The position numbers and the translations under genes were made by a program. Shown here piece by piece: positions 27,285 through 36,234 of a DNA stretch of 64,000 nucleotides (positions are counted from its first letter, which is position 1; the number at the start of each line of letters is the position of its first letter). A model generated the notes under the pieces. It did not search any database. It saw nothing but the letters and a program-made list of their open reading frames with translations, and was not told the DNA's origin. Location of the stretch: positions 6,662 to 70,661 of the forward strand of contig CANRNO010000003.1 of NCBI GenBank assembly GCA_947632065.1, written 5' to 3'. This DNA comes from an uncultured Bacilli bacterium (lineage in GTDB: Bacteria; Bacillota_I; Bacilli_A; RF39; UBA660).

Positions 27285-28898
27285 TTATTGGTTATTTTCT
27301 CTTTCTTTGTTTACTTTAGTATCATCTGTATATTGATCAAAAGTAAGAGGTCTATCTATCCATTTTCCATTTGGGAAAATTTCTATTACTCTGTTGGCAA
27401 CTGTTGCATTTAATTCATAGTCTCGTGTTGTGAAAAGTATTGGGCCATCAAACTTTTCTAGTCCTTCATTTAGTGATGTTATGCTTTCAAGATCTAGATG
27501 GTTTGTTGGTTCATCTAATATTAAAGTATTAGGTTCTTCTAACATTAGTTTTGAAAACATACAACGACTCTTCTCTCCTCCTGATAAGACATTTACTTCT
27601 TTAAATACATCATCTTTAGAAAATAACATTCTACCTAAGAAACTTCTAAGTTCTGTTTCATCATCTACTTTATGTTGTTTTTCCATCCATTTTATTATAG
27701 TATCATTTTCTTTAAAATAAGAGTTATTATCTTGTGGAAGATAACCTAGAGAAATAGTTTTTCCCCAAGAGATACTTCCTTTATCATATTTTTCTTCTCC
27801 TACTAATATTTTAAATAACATTGTTTTAACACTATCATCATCACATAGAAAAGTTATTTTATCTCCTTTTAAAACTGTAAATGATAGTTTATCAAATATT
27901 TTTTTATCTCCTACTATTTTAGTTAGATTAGTAACTTTTAATATTTCATTTCCTACTTTCTTATCTGTTTTAAAATCTATATAAGGGTATTTACGTGAAG
28001 ATGGAACTATTTCTTCAAGTTGAATTTTTTCAAGCATTTTCTTTCTTGAGGTTGCTTGTTTTGACTTTGATGCGTTTGCGGAGAATCTAGCGATGAAGTC
28101 TTGTAGTTCTTTTATCTTCTCTTCTTTTTTCTTATTAGCATCTTTTGCTTGCTTTAAAGCAAGAGTACTTGATTCATACCAAAAGTCATAGTTTCCAATA
28201 TAGAGTTTCATCTTTTTATAATCTATATCTACTATATGAGTACATACTTTATTTAGAAAATGTCTATCATGAGATACTACTATTACAGTATTTTGAAAAT
28301 TTATTAAAAACTCTTCTAACCATCTTATAGCTTTAATATCTAAACTGTTTGTTGGTTCATCTAAAAGTAAAATATCTGGATTATCAAATAGTGCACTAGC
28401 AAGTAAAACTTTTACTCTTACTTTAACTGGAATATCTTTCATAAGCATATCATGATATTCTTCTTTTACATCTAGATTATTAAGAAGCGTTTTAGCATTT
28501 GCCTCAGCACTCCAACCATCTAGTTCTAGAAAGTCTGATTCTAACTCTGCAAGTCGCATACCATCTTCTTCACTAAATTCACTTTTAGCATATAGCTGTT
28601 CTTTTTCTTTTATAATAGAATATAGTTTTTCATCTCCCATTAAAACTACTTCTGTTGGTGTTTTATCTTCATAAGCATAGTGATCTTGTTTTAAAACTGA
28701 AATTCTTTCATCTTTTGATTTTATAACTTCTCCTGTTGTTGTATCTATTTCTTTTGATAATACTTTTAAAAATGTACTTTTACCACTACCATTAGCACCA
28801 ATTAGTCCATAGCAATTTCCTTTAGTAAACTTAATATTAACATTTTCAAATAAAGTTCTTTTACCAAATTTTAAACTTACATTATTTACTTGAATCAT
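27285..28898 (-). CDS. ABC-F family ATPase (two fused ABC ATPase domains, no TM domain)
   Basis: GANGSGKST Walker A, two LSGGE-type signatures and an inter-domain linker. 537 aa. Confidence 0.9.
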   Translation of the reverse strand: MIQVNNVSLKFGKRTLFENVNIKFTKGNCYGLIGANGSGKSTFLKVLSKEIDTTTGEVIKSKDERISVLKQDHYAYEDKTPTEVVLMGDEKLYSIIKEKEQLYAKSEFSEEDGMRLAELESDFLELDGWSAEANAKTLLNNLDVKEEYHDMLMKDIPVKVRVKVLLASALFDNPDILLLDEPTNSLDIKAIRWLEEFLINFQNTVIVVSHDRHFLNKVCTHIVDIDYKKMKLYIGNYDFWYESSTLALKQAKDANKKKEEKIKELQDFIARFSANASKSKQATSRKKMLEKIQLEEIVPSSRKYPYIDFKTDKKVGNEILKVTNLTKIVGDKKIFDKLSFTVLKGDKITFLCDDDSVKTMLFKILVGEEKYDKGSISWGKTISLGYLPQDNNSYFKENDTIIKWMEKQHKVDDETELRSFLGRMLFSKDDVFKEVNVLSGGEKSRCMFSKLMLEEPNTLILDEPTNHLDLESITSLNEGLEKFDGPILFTTRDYELNATVANRVIEIFPNGKWIDRPLTFDQYTDDTKVNKERENNQ

Positions 28899-28986
28899 AG
28901 TTCTACTCCCTTCTTAAAATCTTCTATATTATAGCATATCTATGAAGGTTGTGTCCAATTAAAAATACTGATGTTTAATCAGTATT

Positions 28987-30939
28987 TTATTTTTTCATAA
29001 TAATACTTTTTGTGAATTTTCCTTTCTTAATTGGTATTTCTTTTATTCTACTTGAATACTTTTTCTTCATAGCAGATGAAAAAGCATCTTGTGTAATAAA
29101 GTTTATTAAGCTTGAAATATCACATTTTATAAATCCTTTTTCTGTTATTAATTCCATTTGACCTTCTTCATAACAACTAAATTCTATTTTTTCTAGTGAT
29201 AAATGAGAAAAATAATCTCTAATGATTTTAGCAGTTTGTTCAGGGTTACAACGTAGAACTATTTTGTTTCGGAATATAATTGGTTTTTGTTTATTTTCTT
29301 GTTCAAGTTTAAATTCTACTTCTTTTAATTCTTTTTGTAAATTTATTCTTCTATTTTTATTAGATTCTTTTTTTATTAAACGTATCAATTGGTTTTTTCT
29401 ATTTTCTAAGTATTTTTGTGTTTTTTCATGTTCTGAATAAGCATCTGTGCTGTAGGAATTTATCTTACTTGCATCTATAGGATTTAAATTATCATTTTCA
29501 AAGGCTTTTTCTTTATTTATAGCATACGTAGATATACCTAATGTATAGATAATTGCAAGATCTATTTTTTCTCTTTCTTTTTGAATAATATTTTTTATTT
29601 TTATAGTATTTTTTATTAAGTCACTATTATAAATTTTATTATCTTCTTCACTAGGTAAATTTTCTCTTTCAAAAACTCCTTTATATTTTCTATATATCGA
29701 AGGACGATAATCTTTTAATTTACCTAATTTTATTGTATAGTCTTCTTCTAATTGTAGATTTTCTTTTCTATTAAAGAATTTACGAATAGAGTTTTTTTCT
29801 TTTTTAAATATTGGTACATCTTTAGTACCTATATCCATATTATCATATGAATGAGTAAGTCCTTTTTTACTTCTATATTTATGGATAAATTCTAATATTT
29901 CTTGTTTTCCACATTTAAAGTTTAATATATAATTTATAATATCTTTATTTTCTTTATAACTTTCATCATTTTCAATATTATTATATATTTTTATAGCTGT
30001 ATTTATATCTTCAAATGATTTTATTAAGTCATCTTTAGATTTACTATAGTATTTTTTTAATCTTTTAATTATAACTCTACATTGACCTCTAGTAGACTTT
30101 ATTTGGAAAATATTATTATTCTCAGTATTATATAGTTCATCTAATTTACTTGCGATTTCTAAATCTTTTTCAACTCTTATTATAACTTTTACATCTGGAT
30201 ATTTTTTATAGATTTCTCTTTTTAATTCTCTTTTTGCTTTTTTCCATTTTTCTAAATAATTACGTCTTCCTATTTTCTTTTTAGAAATAGATGCTGAAAT
30301 TTTATTAATTTGTTTTATTACAAAGTTTTTTATTTCTTCTTTTTGCATAAGAGTAGATGATGTTAAATCTATTTTATATGTATAAAGCATTTCTATATAA
30401 TTTTTTATATCATTTATATTATCAAAATGTTCTTTTCTATTGTAGATATCGCTTGTTACAAATACTCCTCTGATACTAATTTTTTTTACTTGTTTTTCTT
30501 CTAAAATATGATAATCCATATATTTCATTAACCATTCAAAAGGTACTTTACATTCAAAGTTTTTTTCTTTGCTATCTATGTGAAATAATTGATTTTTAAA
30601 ATCTATTTTAAAGTCACTATGTAAAAAACCATTTCTAATTCTTTGTAAATTTCTTCTTGATTCTTTTTTATGACTACCTCTAATAATTATTGGTGGATTA
30701 TCACAAAATTCTTTTGTAAATAAATAATCTAATTTTTCTTTGTCCATTCTTAATGTGATTTTATTTTCTGTAAATAAAGTATCTTCTGATAAAACGAAAT
30801 ATGAAAGTGAAAGTGCTAAATTAAAGTTTTCAGACGTTTCAAAAAAACTACTTAATCTTCCATTTATTAAGTTTTCATATTTATCTAATATAATTGATTT
30901 TAGTTCTTCATAAAAAGAAAATTCATTCATCATTTTCAT
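28987..30939 (-). CDS. Orphan 650-aa protein with two HEPN-like R-x4-H motifs (predicted twin-HEPN RNase; function unknown)
   Basis: ATG at 30939 lies 6 nt after an AGGAAGTG RBS. LQRIRNGFLHSDF is encoded at nt 30619-30636 and AKIIRDYFSHLSL at nt 29203-29220. The region between them is Lys-rich and probably helical. I recognise no other known domain. Confidence 0.45.
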   Translation of the reverse strand: MKMMNEFSFYEELKSIILDKYENLINGRLSSFFETSENFNLALSLSYFVLSEDTLFTENKITLRMDKEKLDYLFTKEFCDNPPIIIRGSHKKESRRNLQRIRNGFLHSDFKIDFKNQLFHIDSKEKNFECKVPFEWLMKYMDYHILEEKQVKKISIRGVFVTSDIYNRKEHFDNINDIKNYIEMLYTYKIDLTSSTLMQKEEIKNFVIKQINKISASISKKKIGRRNYLEKWKKAKRELKREIYKKYPDVKVIIRVEKDLEIASKLDELYNTENNNIFQIKSTRGQCRVIIKRLKKYYSKSKDDLIKSFEDINTAIKIYNNIENDESYKENKDIINYILNFKCGKQEILEFIHKYRSKKGLTHSYDNMDIGTKDVPIFKKEKNSIRKFFNRKENLQLEEDYTIKLGKLKDYRPSIYRKYKGVFERENLPSEEDNKIYNSDLIKNTIKIKNIIQKEREKIDLAIIYTLGISTYAINKEKAFENDNLNPIDASKINSYSTDAYSEHEKTQKYLENRKNQLIRLIKKESNKNRRINLQKELKEVEFKLEQENKQKPIIFRNKIVLRCNPEQTAKIIRDYFSHLSLEKIEFSCYEEGQMELITEKGFIKCDISSLINFITQDAFSSAMKKKYSSRIKEIPIKKGKFTKSIIMKK

Positions 30940-30967
30940 AATTAACACTTCCTATTACTCTATCATT

Positions 30968-30976
30968 ATTATAGCA
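30968..30976 (-). promoter_or_regulatory. Candidate extended -10 promoter (TGCTATAAT) for the twin-HEPN gene
   Basis: The minus strand reads aTGcTATAAT about 30 nt upstream of the ATG, immediately after the lon-rdgB terminator. Confidence 0.4.
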
Positions 30977-30983
30977 TAAAAAA

Positions 30984-31002
30984 AGATACTTAAAAAGTAT
31001 CT
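30984..31002 (-). terminator. Rho-independent terminator after rdgB
   Basis: agatact-taaaa-agtatct hairpin, followed by a T run on the minus strand. Confidence 0.6.
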
Positions 31003-31009
31003 ATAATTT

Positions 31010-31612
31010 TTATTTTTTTGTTTTTTGATAATAATCTGCTAATTCATCCATTGCACTGTTATTCTCTTTACATCTTTTTCTGTTTTCTCTTTGTTCATCT
31101 GACATTTGAGCAAGTGTTTTATCATATCCATAAGGAATAAAAACATACCATAAATCTGACCATTTTTTATCATTATCTTTTCCTTTTATTTCTTCTGATA
31201 AAATTCCTTCATGATTTCCATTAAATAATAACATATTTTCTCCATCATAATAAGCAAGGCATTCTTTAAAGGCACATTTTCTATTAGTTTCTTTTTCCAT
31301 TAATTTTAATATTCCTTCTACTCCTATTGTATCTAATGCAAAGTTAACATATGCTTTTGGAAAACCATTTAATGCTTCGATATAGAATCCTGCATCTAGA
31401 GAAATACAAGGTTTTTCTACTACTTTGTAAGCTTCTTTTACTTTATGTTTAGCAATTTCTTTTACATCATCGCTTCTTATTTCATCTACTTCATAATTAT
31501 AAATGTCTATTTTAATATCTTTTAGTTTTTCCTTAGCAGATTCTACTTTACCTTTGTTAGTAGTAACAAATATTATTTCATCTTTTAATTTAATTAATTC
31601 TTCTTTACTCAT
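31010..31612 (-). CDS. rdgB: Non-canonical purine NTP pyrophosphatase (Ham1/RdgB family)
   Basis: IIFVTTNKGKVESAKEKL matches the Ham1 N-terminal motif. 4-nt overlap with lon. Confidence 0.8.
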   Translation of the reverse strand: MSKEELIKLKDEIIFVTTNKGKVESAKEKLKDIKIDIYNYEVDEIRSDDVKEIAKHKVKEAYKVVEKPCISLDAGFYIEALNGFPKAYVNFALDTIGVEGILKLMEKETNRKCAFKECLAYYDGENMLLFNGNHEGILSEEIKGKDNDKKWSDLWYVFIPYGYDKTLAQMSDEQRENRKRCKENNSAMDELADYYQKTKK

Positions 31613-33939
31613 ACTTCTACACTCTCTTTTTTTAATGAAAATAATTTTTTATATACTTCTTTATAATTTGATACAAATATAAATTCTATTTCTTTTTTTA
31701 TATCTTCTGGTATTTCATCTAAATCTCTTTTATTATCTATTGGTAAAAATACTTTTTTTATACCTGCACGATGTGCACCTATTACTTTTTCTTTTAATCC
31801 ACCAATTTCTAAAACATTACCACGTAGTGTTATTTCTCCTGTCATGGAGATAGTACTGTCTACTGCTATATTGGTGAAAAGACTTACAAGTGTTGATGTT
31901 AAAGCAATTCCAGCACTTGGTCCATCTTTTGATACTGCTCCTTCTGGTACATGGATATGTATATCATTGTTTTCAAGTATTTTAGGATTTATTTTAAATT
32001 TATTCATATTAGCTTTAATATAACTTAAGGCAATACGAGCAGACTCTTGCATTACTTCTCCTAAAGAACCAGTTAGAATAAGATTTCCTTTTCCTTTATA
32101 ATAAGTTGCTTCTATTGGTAAGATATCTCCTCCAAATATTGTATAAGCCATACCATTTACTACTCCTACTTCTTTTTTATTAGAATTTTTTTGGAAATCA
32201 TATTTCTTTTTTCCTAAATATTTTTCTATAGATTTACTATCTATATTGAAGAATACATGGTCATCATTATCGATTATTTCTTTTACTAACTTTCTTAAAA
32301 GAGAGGCAATTATTCTTTCTAATTCTCTTACACCGGACTCTTTTGTATAATTTCTAATTAATGTTAGTATTGCATCATCAGTAAACTGTACTTGAAGTTC
32401 TGTAAGACCATGTTGTTCTAACTCTTTTGGAATTAAATGATTTTTGGCAATATCTAATTTTTCATATTCTGTATAACTTGATAATTGTATTAATTCAAGT
32501 CTATCTTGAAGTTCATAAGGTATTTGTTCTATGTAGTTGGCTGTTGCGATAAAGAATACATTAGATAAATCAAAGTCTTCTTCTATATAGTGATCTGAGA
32601 ATTTATTGTTTTGTTCTGGATCTAATACTTCTAAGAGACTACTTGCAGGATCTCCTTTTATGTCTTTAGTCATTTTATCTATTTCATCAATTATAAATAC
32701 TGGATTAGTTGTTCCTGCTTTTCTCATTCCTTGAATAATTCTTCCTGGGTTAGCTCCTATATAAGTACGACGATGACCTATTATTTCTGCTTCGTCGTTT
32801 ATACCTCCAACAGATATTTTGGTATATTTTCTTCCTAGACTTTTAGCAATACTAATAGCAAGGGAAGTTTTTCCTACACCAGGAGGACCAACTAAACAAA
32901 TAATTGGACTTCTTAGATTTTTAGTATTTTGTTTTACTGCAAGATATTCTAGTATTCTAGTTTTTACTTCTTTTAGGGCATAATGACTACTATTTAGTGT
33001 ATGTTCTACATCTGATAATTTTTTAGTATCTTTTGTAAACTTATGCCAAGGCAAGTTTAACATCCAATCTAAGTATTCTCTTACCATACCTACTTCAGGG
33101 GATGATGATGGTAAGTTTTCATAACGAGTTATTTCTTTTTGAATTTTATCTTTTACTATTTTATTACATTTTAATTTTTCTAATTTTTTCTTTAATTTTT
33201 CTACTTCAATATCTTTACTGTTGATGTCTCCTAATTCTTTTTGGATTACTTTTATCTTTTCACGTAAAAAGAATTCTCTTTGACTATCATTTAATTCTTT
33301 TTCTACTTCGCTTTCTATTTTTTGTTCAAGTTCGATAATCTTAAGATCTTCTTTCATATCTTCTATTAACATTTTAACTCTTTTAATTGGATCTATCTCT
33401 AGAATATAGGCTTTCTTTTTTAAATAATCAAATGGTAAGAAACCTCCAATTAAATCTGTTAGTTCATCTATATCAGAAATAGTTGTAAGTTGTGATATTA
33501 AGGCATTAGATACATATGGTACTTTAGTTACATATTTTTCAAGGGACTTCATTAAGATGTCTCTATAACTTTTATTATCTTCTACTTCTGTATATATTTC
33601 TTCTATTTCTGCTTCAAATATTCCATCATTAAATGTATATCTTGAAATATTTACACGTCTTATTCCACCTAGTACTACTCTACTTTTTCCATTGGGTACA
33701 TCCATTTTCATAATTAATTCTGCGACGACTCCAACAGATGGTAAATCAACCATTTCGTATGGTTCTGTTTCTTGTTTTTGAATTAAAGGATTAACAACAA
33801 CTAGTTGTTTTTCATCTTGACTTTCAGCTTTATTTATAATATGTTTTTCTTCTTTAGTTTTACATTCTAATCTGATTTCACTACTCGGAAATAATACTAT
33901 ATCATCTACTAATAAAACGGGTCTTTTTTCTTTATTCAT
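31609..33939 (-). CDS. lon: ATP-dependent Lon protease (LonA)
   Basis: LON N-domain, GPPGVGKTS Walker A, and the protease domain DGPSAGIALTS with the catalytic Ser. Confidence 0.95.
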   Translation of the reverse strand: MNKEKRPVLLVDDIVLFPSSEIRLECKTKEEKHIINKAESQDEKQLVVVNPLIQKQETEPYEMVDLPSVGVVAELIMKMDVPNGKSRVVLGGIRRVNISRYTFNDGIFEAEIEEIYTEVEDNKSYRDILMKSLEKYVTKVPYVSNALISQLTTISDIDELTDLIGGFLPFDYLKKKAYILEIDPIKRVKMLIEDMKEDLKIIELEQKIESEVEKELNDSQREFFLREKIKVIQKELGDINSKDIEVEKLKKKLEKLKCNKIVKDKIQKEITRYENLPSSSPEVGMVREYLDWMLNLPWHKFTKDTKKLSDVEHTLNSSHYALKEVKTRILEYLAVKQNTKNLRSPIICLVGPPGVGKTSLAISIAKSLGRKYTKISVGGINDEAEIIGHRRTYIGANPGRIIQGMRKAGTTNPVFIIDEIDKMTKDIKGDPASSLLEVLDPEQNNKFSDHYIEEDFDLSNVFFIATANYIEQIPYELQDRLELIQLSSYTEYEKLDIAKNHLIPKELEQHGLTELQVQFTDDAILTLIRNYTKESGVRELERIIASLLRKLVKEIIDNDDHVFFNIDSKSIEKYLGKKKYDFQKNSNKKEVGVVNGMAYTIFGGDILPIEATYYKGKGNLILTGSLGEVMQESARIALSYIKANMNKFKINPKILENNDIHIHVPEGAVSKDGPSAGIALTSTLVSLFTNIAVDSTISMTGEITLRGNVLEIGGLKEKVIGAHRAGIKKVFLPIDNKRDLDEIPEDIKKEIEFIFVSNYKEVYKKLFSLKKESVEV

Positions 33940-34088
33940 GTCTTTTTCCTCCTAGCGAAATAATTGATTTCTATTATATATTAAATTCAAAAAATTACAA
34001 TACTTTTTTGGGTAATTTATTTTAATTTTTTTATTTATGATAAGTTAAAGAGACAAACTTAAAAATTGTCTCTTTACTACATTTTATT

Positions 34089-35285
34089 TTAACCTAAATT
34101 TTTCTTTACTTCACTCTTGTATGCTTCTACTCCAGGTTGATCAAATGGATTAACTTCAAGTAATATTCCACTGAATGCTGCGCTTAATAAAAAGAAATAT
34201 ATTAACTCACCCATCGTTTTACTATCAAAGTGTGAAAGTGTAATTATATTAGATGGGGTATGTCCCTCTCTATGAGCAGTTGCGACACTTTCAGAAATTA
34301 TAAAATTCATTTTATTTATATCACTATTTTGATAATTTATAATTTCACTTTCTTCTAATCTAATAACTGTTTCAAAAAGTATTTCTTTACCACTTTGCAT
34401 GTATTGTCCGAGTGAATGTAGGTCTCTTGTATAAATAGTTGATGTTGGAAGAATTCCTTTATTATCTTTTCCTTCACTTTCTCCAAATAGTTGTTTTAAC
34501 CATTCATTAAAATATGAAAGTTTAGGTTCATAAGAAACAAAATTTTCTACACATCTATTTTCTTTGTATAAAGTATTTCGAATACATGCATAAACAAACG
34601 CTTTATCTATATATTTTAAAAGGGCATTATTATATCCTTCTAGGAATGTATCTATATTGATTCCCGCAACTGAGATTGGTAAGAGTCCTGCAGGTGTTGA
34701 AACTGAGAATCTTCCTCCTATATTTCTTGGTATTTCAAAAGATGTATAACCTTTTAAATCTGCAAGTTTTCTTAGTTTTCCTTCTTCTTTATCTGTTGTT
34801 ACTATAATTCTTTCTTTTATTTCTTCTTCTGAAAAACGTTCTGATAATTTTTTATATACTAAATCAAATGCTACACTTATTTCCATAGTAGTACCTGATT
34901 TTGAAATAACATTTACTACAACATCTTTGTCTTCGATATAGTCAAGTAATTGTTTTAAATATTCGCTTGACATATTAATACCACCAAAAATAACTTCTGT
35001 TTTTTTCATCTTTTTGAAATATGGTGAGAATGCTTCTATTACTGCTTTACTTCCAAGATAAGACCCTCCAATACCTAGTACTAAGAATACATCTGCATGT
35101 TCTCTTACTTTGGCACTTACTTCTTTTATTTTGTTTACTTCTTCTTTTGAAATACTATTTTCAATCCATCCTGTCATATCATAACTTTTTAGTTTTTCTA
35201 AAACACTTTCTTTTTTAGAGAAAAACTCTTCATAGGTTTTTCTGTCTATAAAACTTTCCATATAGGTAGAAAAATCAAAATTCAT
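34089..35285 (-). CDS. pgi: Glucose-6-phosphate isomerase (short bacterial form)
   Basis: LGIGGSYLGSKA, the GGRFSV-type motif (IGGRFSVSTPAGLLP), and the C-terminal EGHTPSN region. Confidence 0.9.
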   Translation of the reverse strand: MNFDFSTYMESFIDRKTYEEFFSKKESVLEKLKSYDMTGWIENSISKEEVNKIKEVSAKVREHADVFLVLGIGGSYLGSKAVIEAFSPYFKKMKKTEVIFGGINMSSEYLKQLLDYIEDKDVVVNVISKSGTTMEISVAFDLVYKKLSERFSEEEIKERIIVTTDKEEGKLRKLADLKGYTSFEIPRNIGGRFSVSTPAGLLPISVAGINIDTFLEGYNNALLKYIDKAFVYACIRNTLYKENRCVENFVSYEPKLSYFNEWLKQLFGESEGKDNKGILPTSTIYTRDLHSLGQYMQSGKEILFETVIRLEESEIINYQNSDINKMNFIISESVATAHREGHTPSNIITLSHFDSKTMGELIYFFLLSAAFSGILLEVNPFDQPGVEAYKSEVKKNLG

Positions 35286-35343
35286 AACTCATCCACTCCT
35301 TTATGACAAAAGTATAGCATGTAAAAACATAATTGTAAAATAT

Positions 35344-35712
35344 CTAATTATTAAAAATACTATTTCTACTTTGACAAGATTTCATCCATGTCCAAGTAAG
35401 ATTAGATAGGTTTATTATCTTTTTATTCCATACTTTAACAGTCCTAGTATTAATATATTTCTTTTTATTTGAAATGCGTACTAAAACTTTTAATGTTTTT
35501 AGGGAAGTGTCTAATTGTCCAAGTAATATTTCTTTATTTTCTAGATTTTCTTCTTTATGTGCATGTATTAACATATTAAGTCCATCATATGTTACTTTTT
35601 TTATATCTTCTGTTATATTTTCTTTTTCAGGATATTTCATTAAGATATCTGTTGTAAAACATATTAATTCTACATATTCTTTGTAAATAAGTAAGTTTTC
35701 TAAATCTACCAT
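35344..35712 (-). CDS. Four-helix-bundle protein of the Avd / 23S-rRNA-intervening-sequence protein family
   Basis: 122 aa. LLIYKEYVELICFTTDILMKYPEKE resembles the family N-terminus (xW/YxxAxxLxxxIYxLTxxFPKxE). The C-terminus is basic with a W-rich end (LTWTWMK). The AAGGAG RBS overlaps the stop codon of the upstream gene. Confidence 0.45.
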   Translation of the reverse strand: MVDLENLLIYKEYVELICFTTDILMKYPEKENITEDIKKVTYDGLNMLIHAHKEENLENKEILLGQLDTSLKTLKVLVRISNKKKYINTRTVKVWNKKIINLSNLTWTWMKSCQSRNSIFNN

Positions 35713-35721
35713 AATATCTCC

Positions 35722-36093
35722 TTATAATTTATCTTGTATATCTTTTAATAGTTTCATAGAATCTAGAGGTGTGATATGGTTTATATCAATATTTTTTATG
35801 TTATCAATAATCTTTAAACAAAATTCGTGTGTATAATCAGGTTCTTCTTTATCTAATATTTCAACATTTAAATTATTTAATTCAAATAATTCTTTATACT
35901 TTTCAATACTACTTTTAGGAAATCCACATTTATATAATTCATTAGTTAAGTGTCCTAGTTTTAGGTTGAGTTTTTCACTCATTTTTATAGCATCTTCTCC
36001 TAAGAATAAATAAAATATTCCACTTTCAAATAAATATAATTTTTCTTTGTCTTCTTTTTTACATTTTAAATATCTTTCTTTTAATTTACTCAT
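35722..36093 (-). CDS. Stand-alone MutS domain I-like protein
   Basis: 123 aa. LKERYLKCKKEDKEKLYLFESGIFYLFLGEDAIKMSEKLNLKL....CGFPKSSIEKYKELF aligns with the MutS mismatch-binding domain (YL.LK....D.ILFFR.GDFYELF.EDA......L.I.LT......GVP.......Y...L). The Glu of the Phe-x-Glu motif is absent. Confidence 0.5.
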   Translation of the reverse strand: MSKLKERYLKCKKEDKEKLYLFESGIFYLFLGEDAIKMSEKLNLKLGHLTNELYKCGFPKSSIEKYKELFELNNLNVEILDKEEPDYTHEFCLKIIDNIKNIDINHITPLDSMKLLKDIQDKL

Positions 36094-36117
36094 ACAACCA
36101 CCTATCTTTAAAAATAA

Positions 36118-36163
36118 AAAGCAGTACTTTCTAGATAAATATATCTAGTTTAAGTACTGCTTT
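36118..36163 (-). terminator. Long compound hairpin terminator
   Basis: A 12-bp outer stem aaagcagtactt/aagtactgcttt encloses a 6-bp inner stem ctagat/atctag, followed by a T run on the minus strand. Confidence 0.6.
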
Positions 36164-36234
36164 ATTATCTTATAATTAAAGTTTATCAGAAAAGTATAAT
36201 AATTTCAACTTATAAAAAGTAAATTATTAAAATT

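Noticed and set aside
28899-31009. A possible CRISPR array or cas genes flanking the twin-HEPN gene
   Set aside because: The flanking intergenic regions are only about 88 and 70 nt. They hold a single hairpin terminator each, plus a promoter, and no direct repeats. The neighbouring genes are an ABC-F ATPase and rdgB/lon. This is not a CRISPR-Cas locus as it stands.
33940-34088. A CIRCE or CtsR operator upstream of lon
   Set aside because: No TTAGCA...TGCTAA inverted repeat and no GGTCAAA direct repeat is visible. Only an ordinary promoter-like AT-rich region and the pgi terminator hairpin (about 34049-34078) are present.
35286-36234. A diversity-generating retroelement (DGR), suggested by the Avd-like gene
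   Set aside because: No reverse-transcriptase ORF lies anywhere nearby. No room exists for a template repeat: it is 58 nt to pgi. I could not spot a TR/VR pair. At best this is a remnant or a different system.
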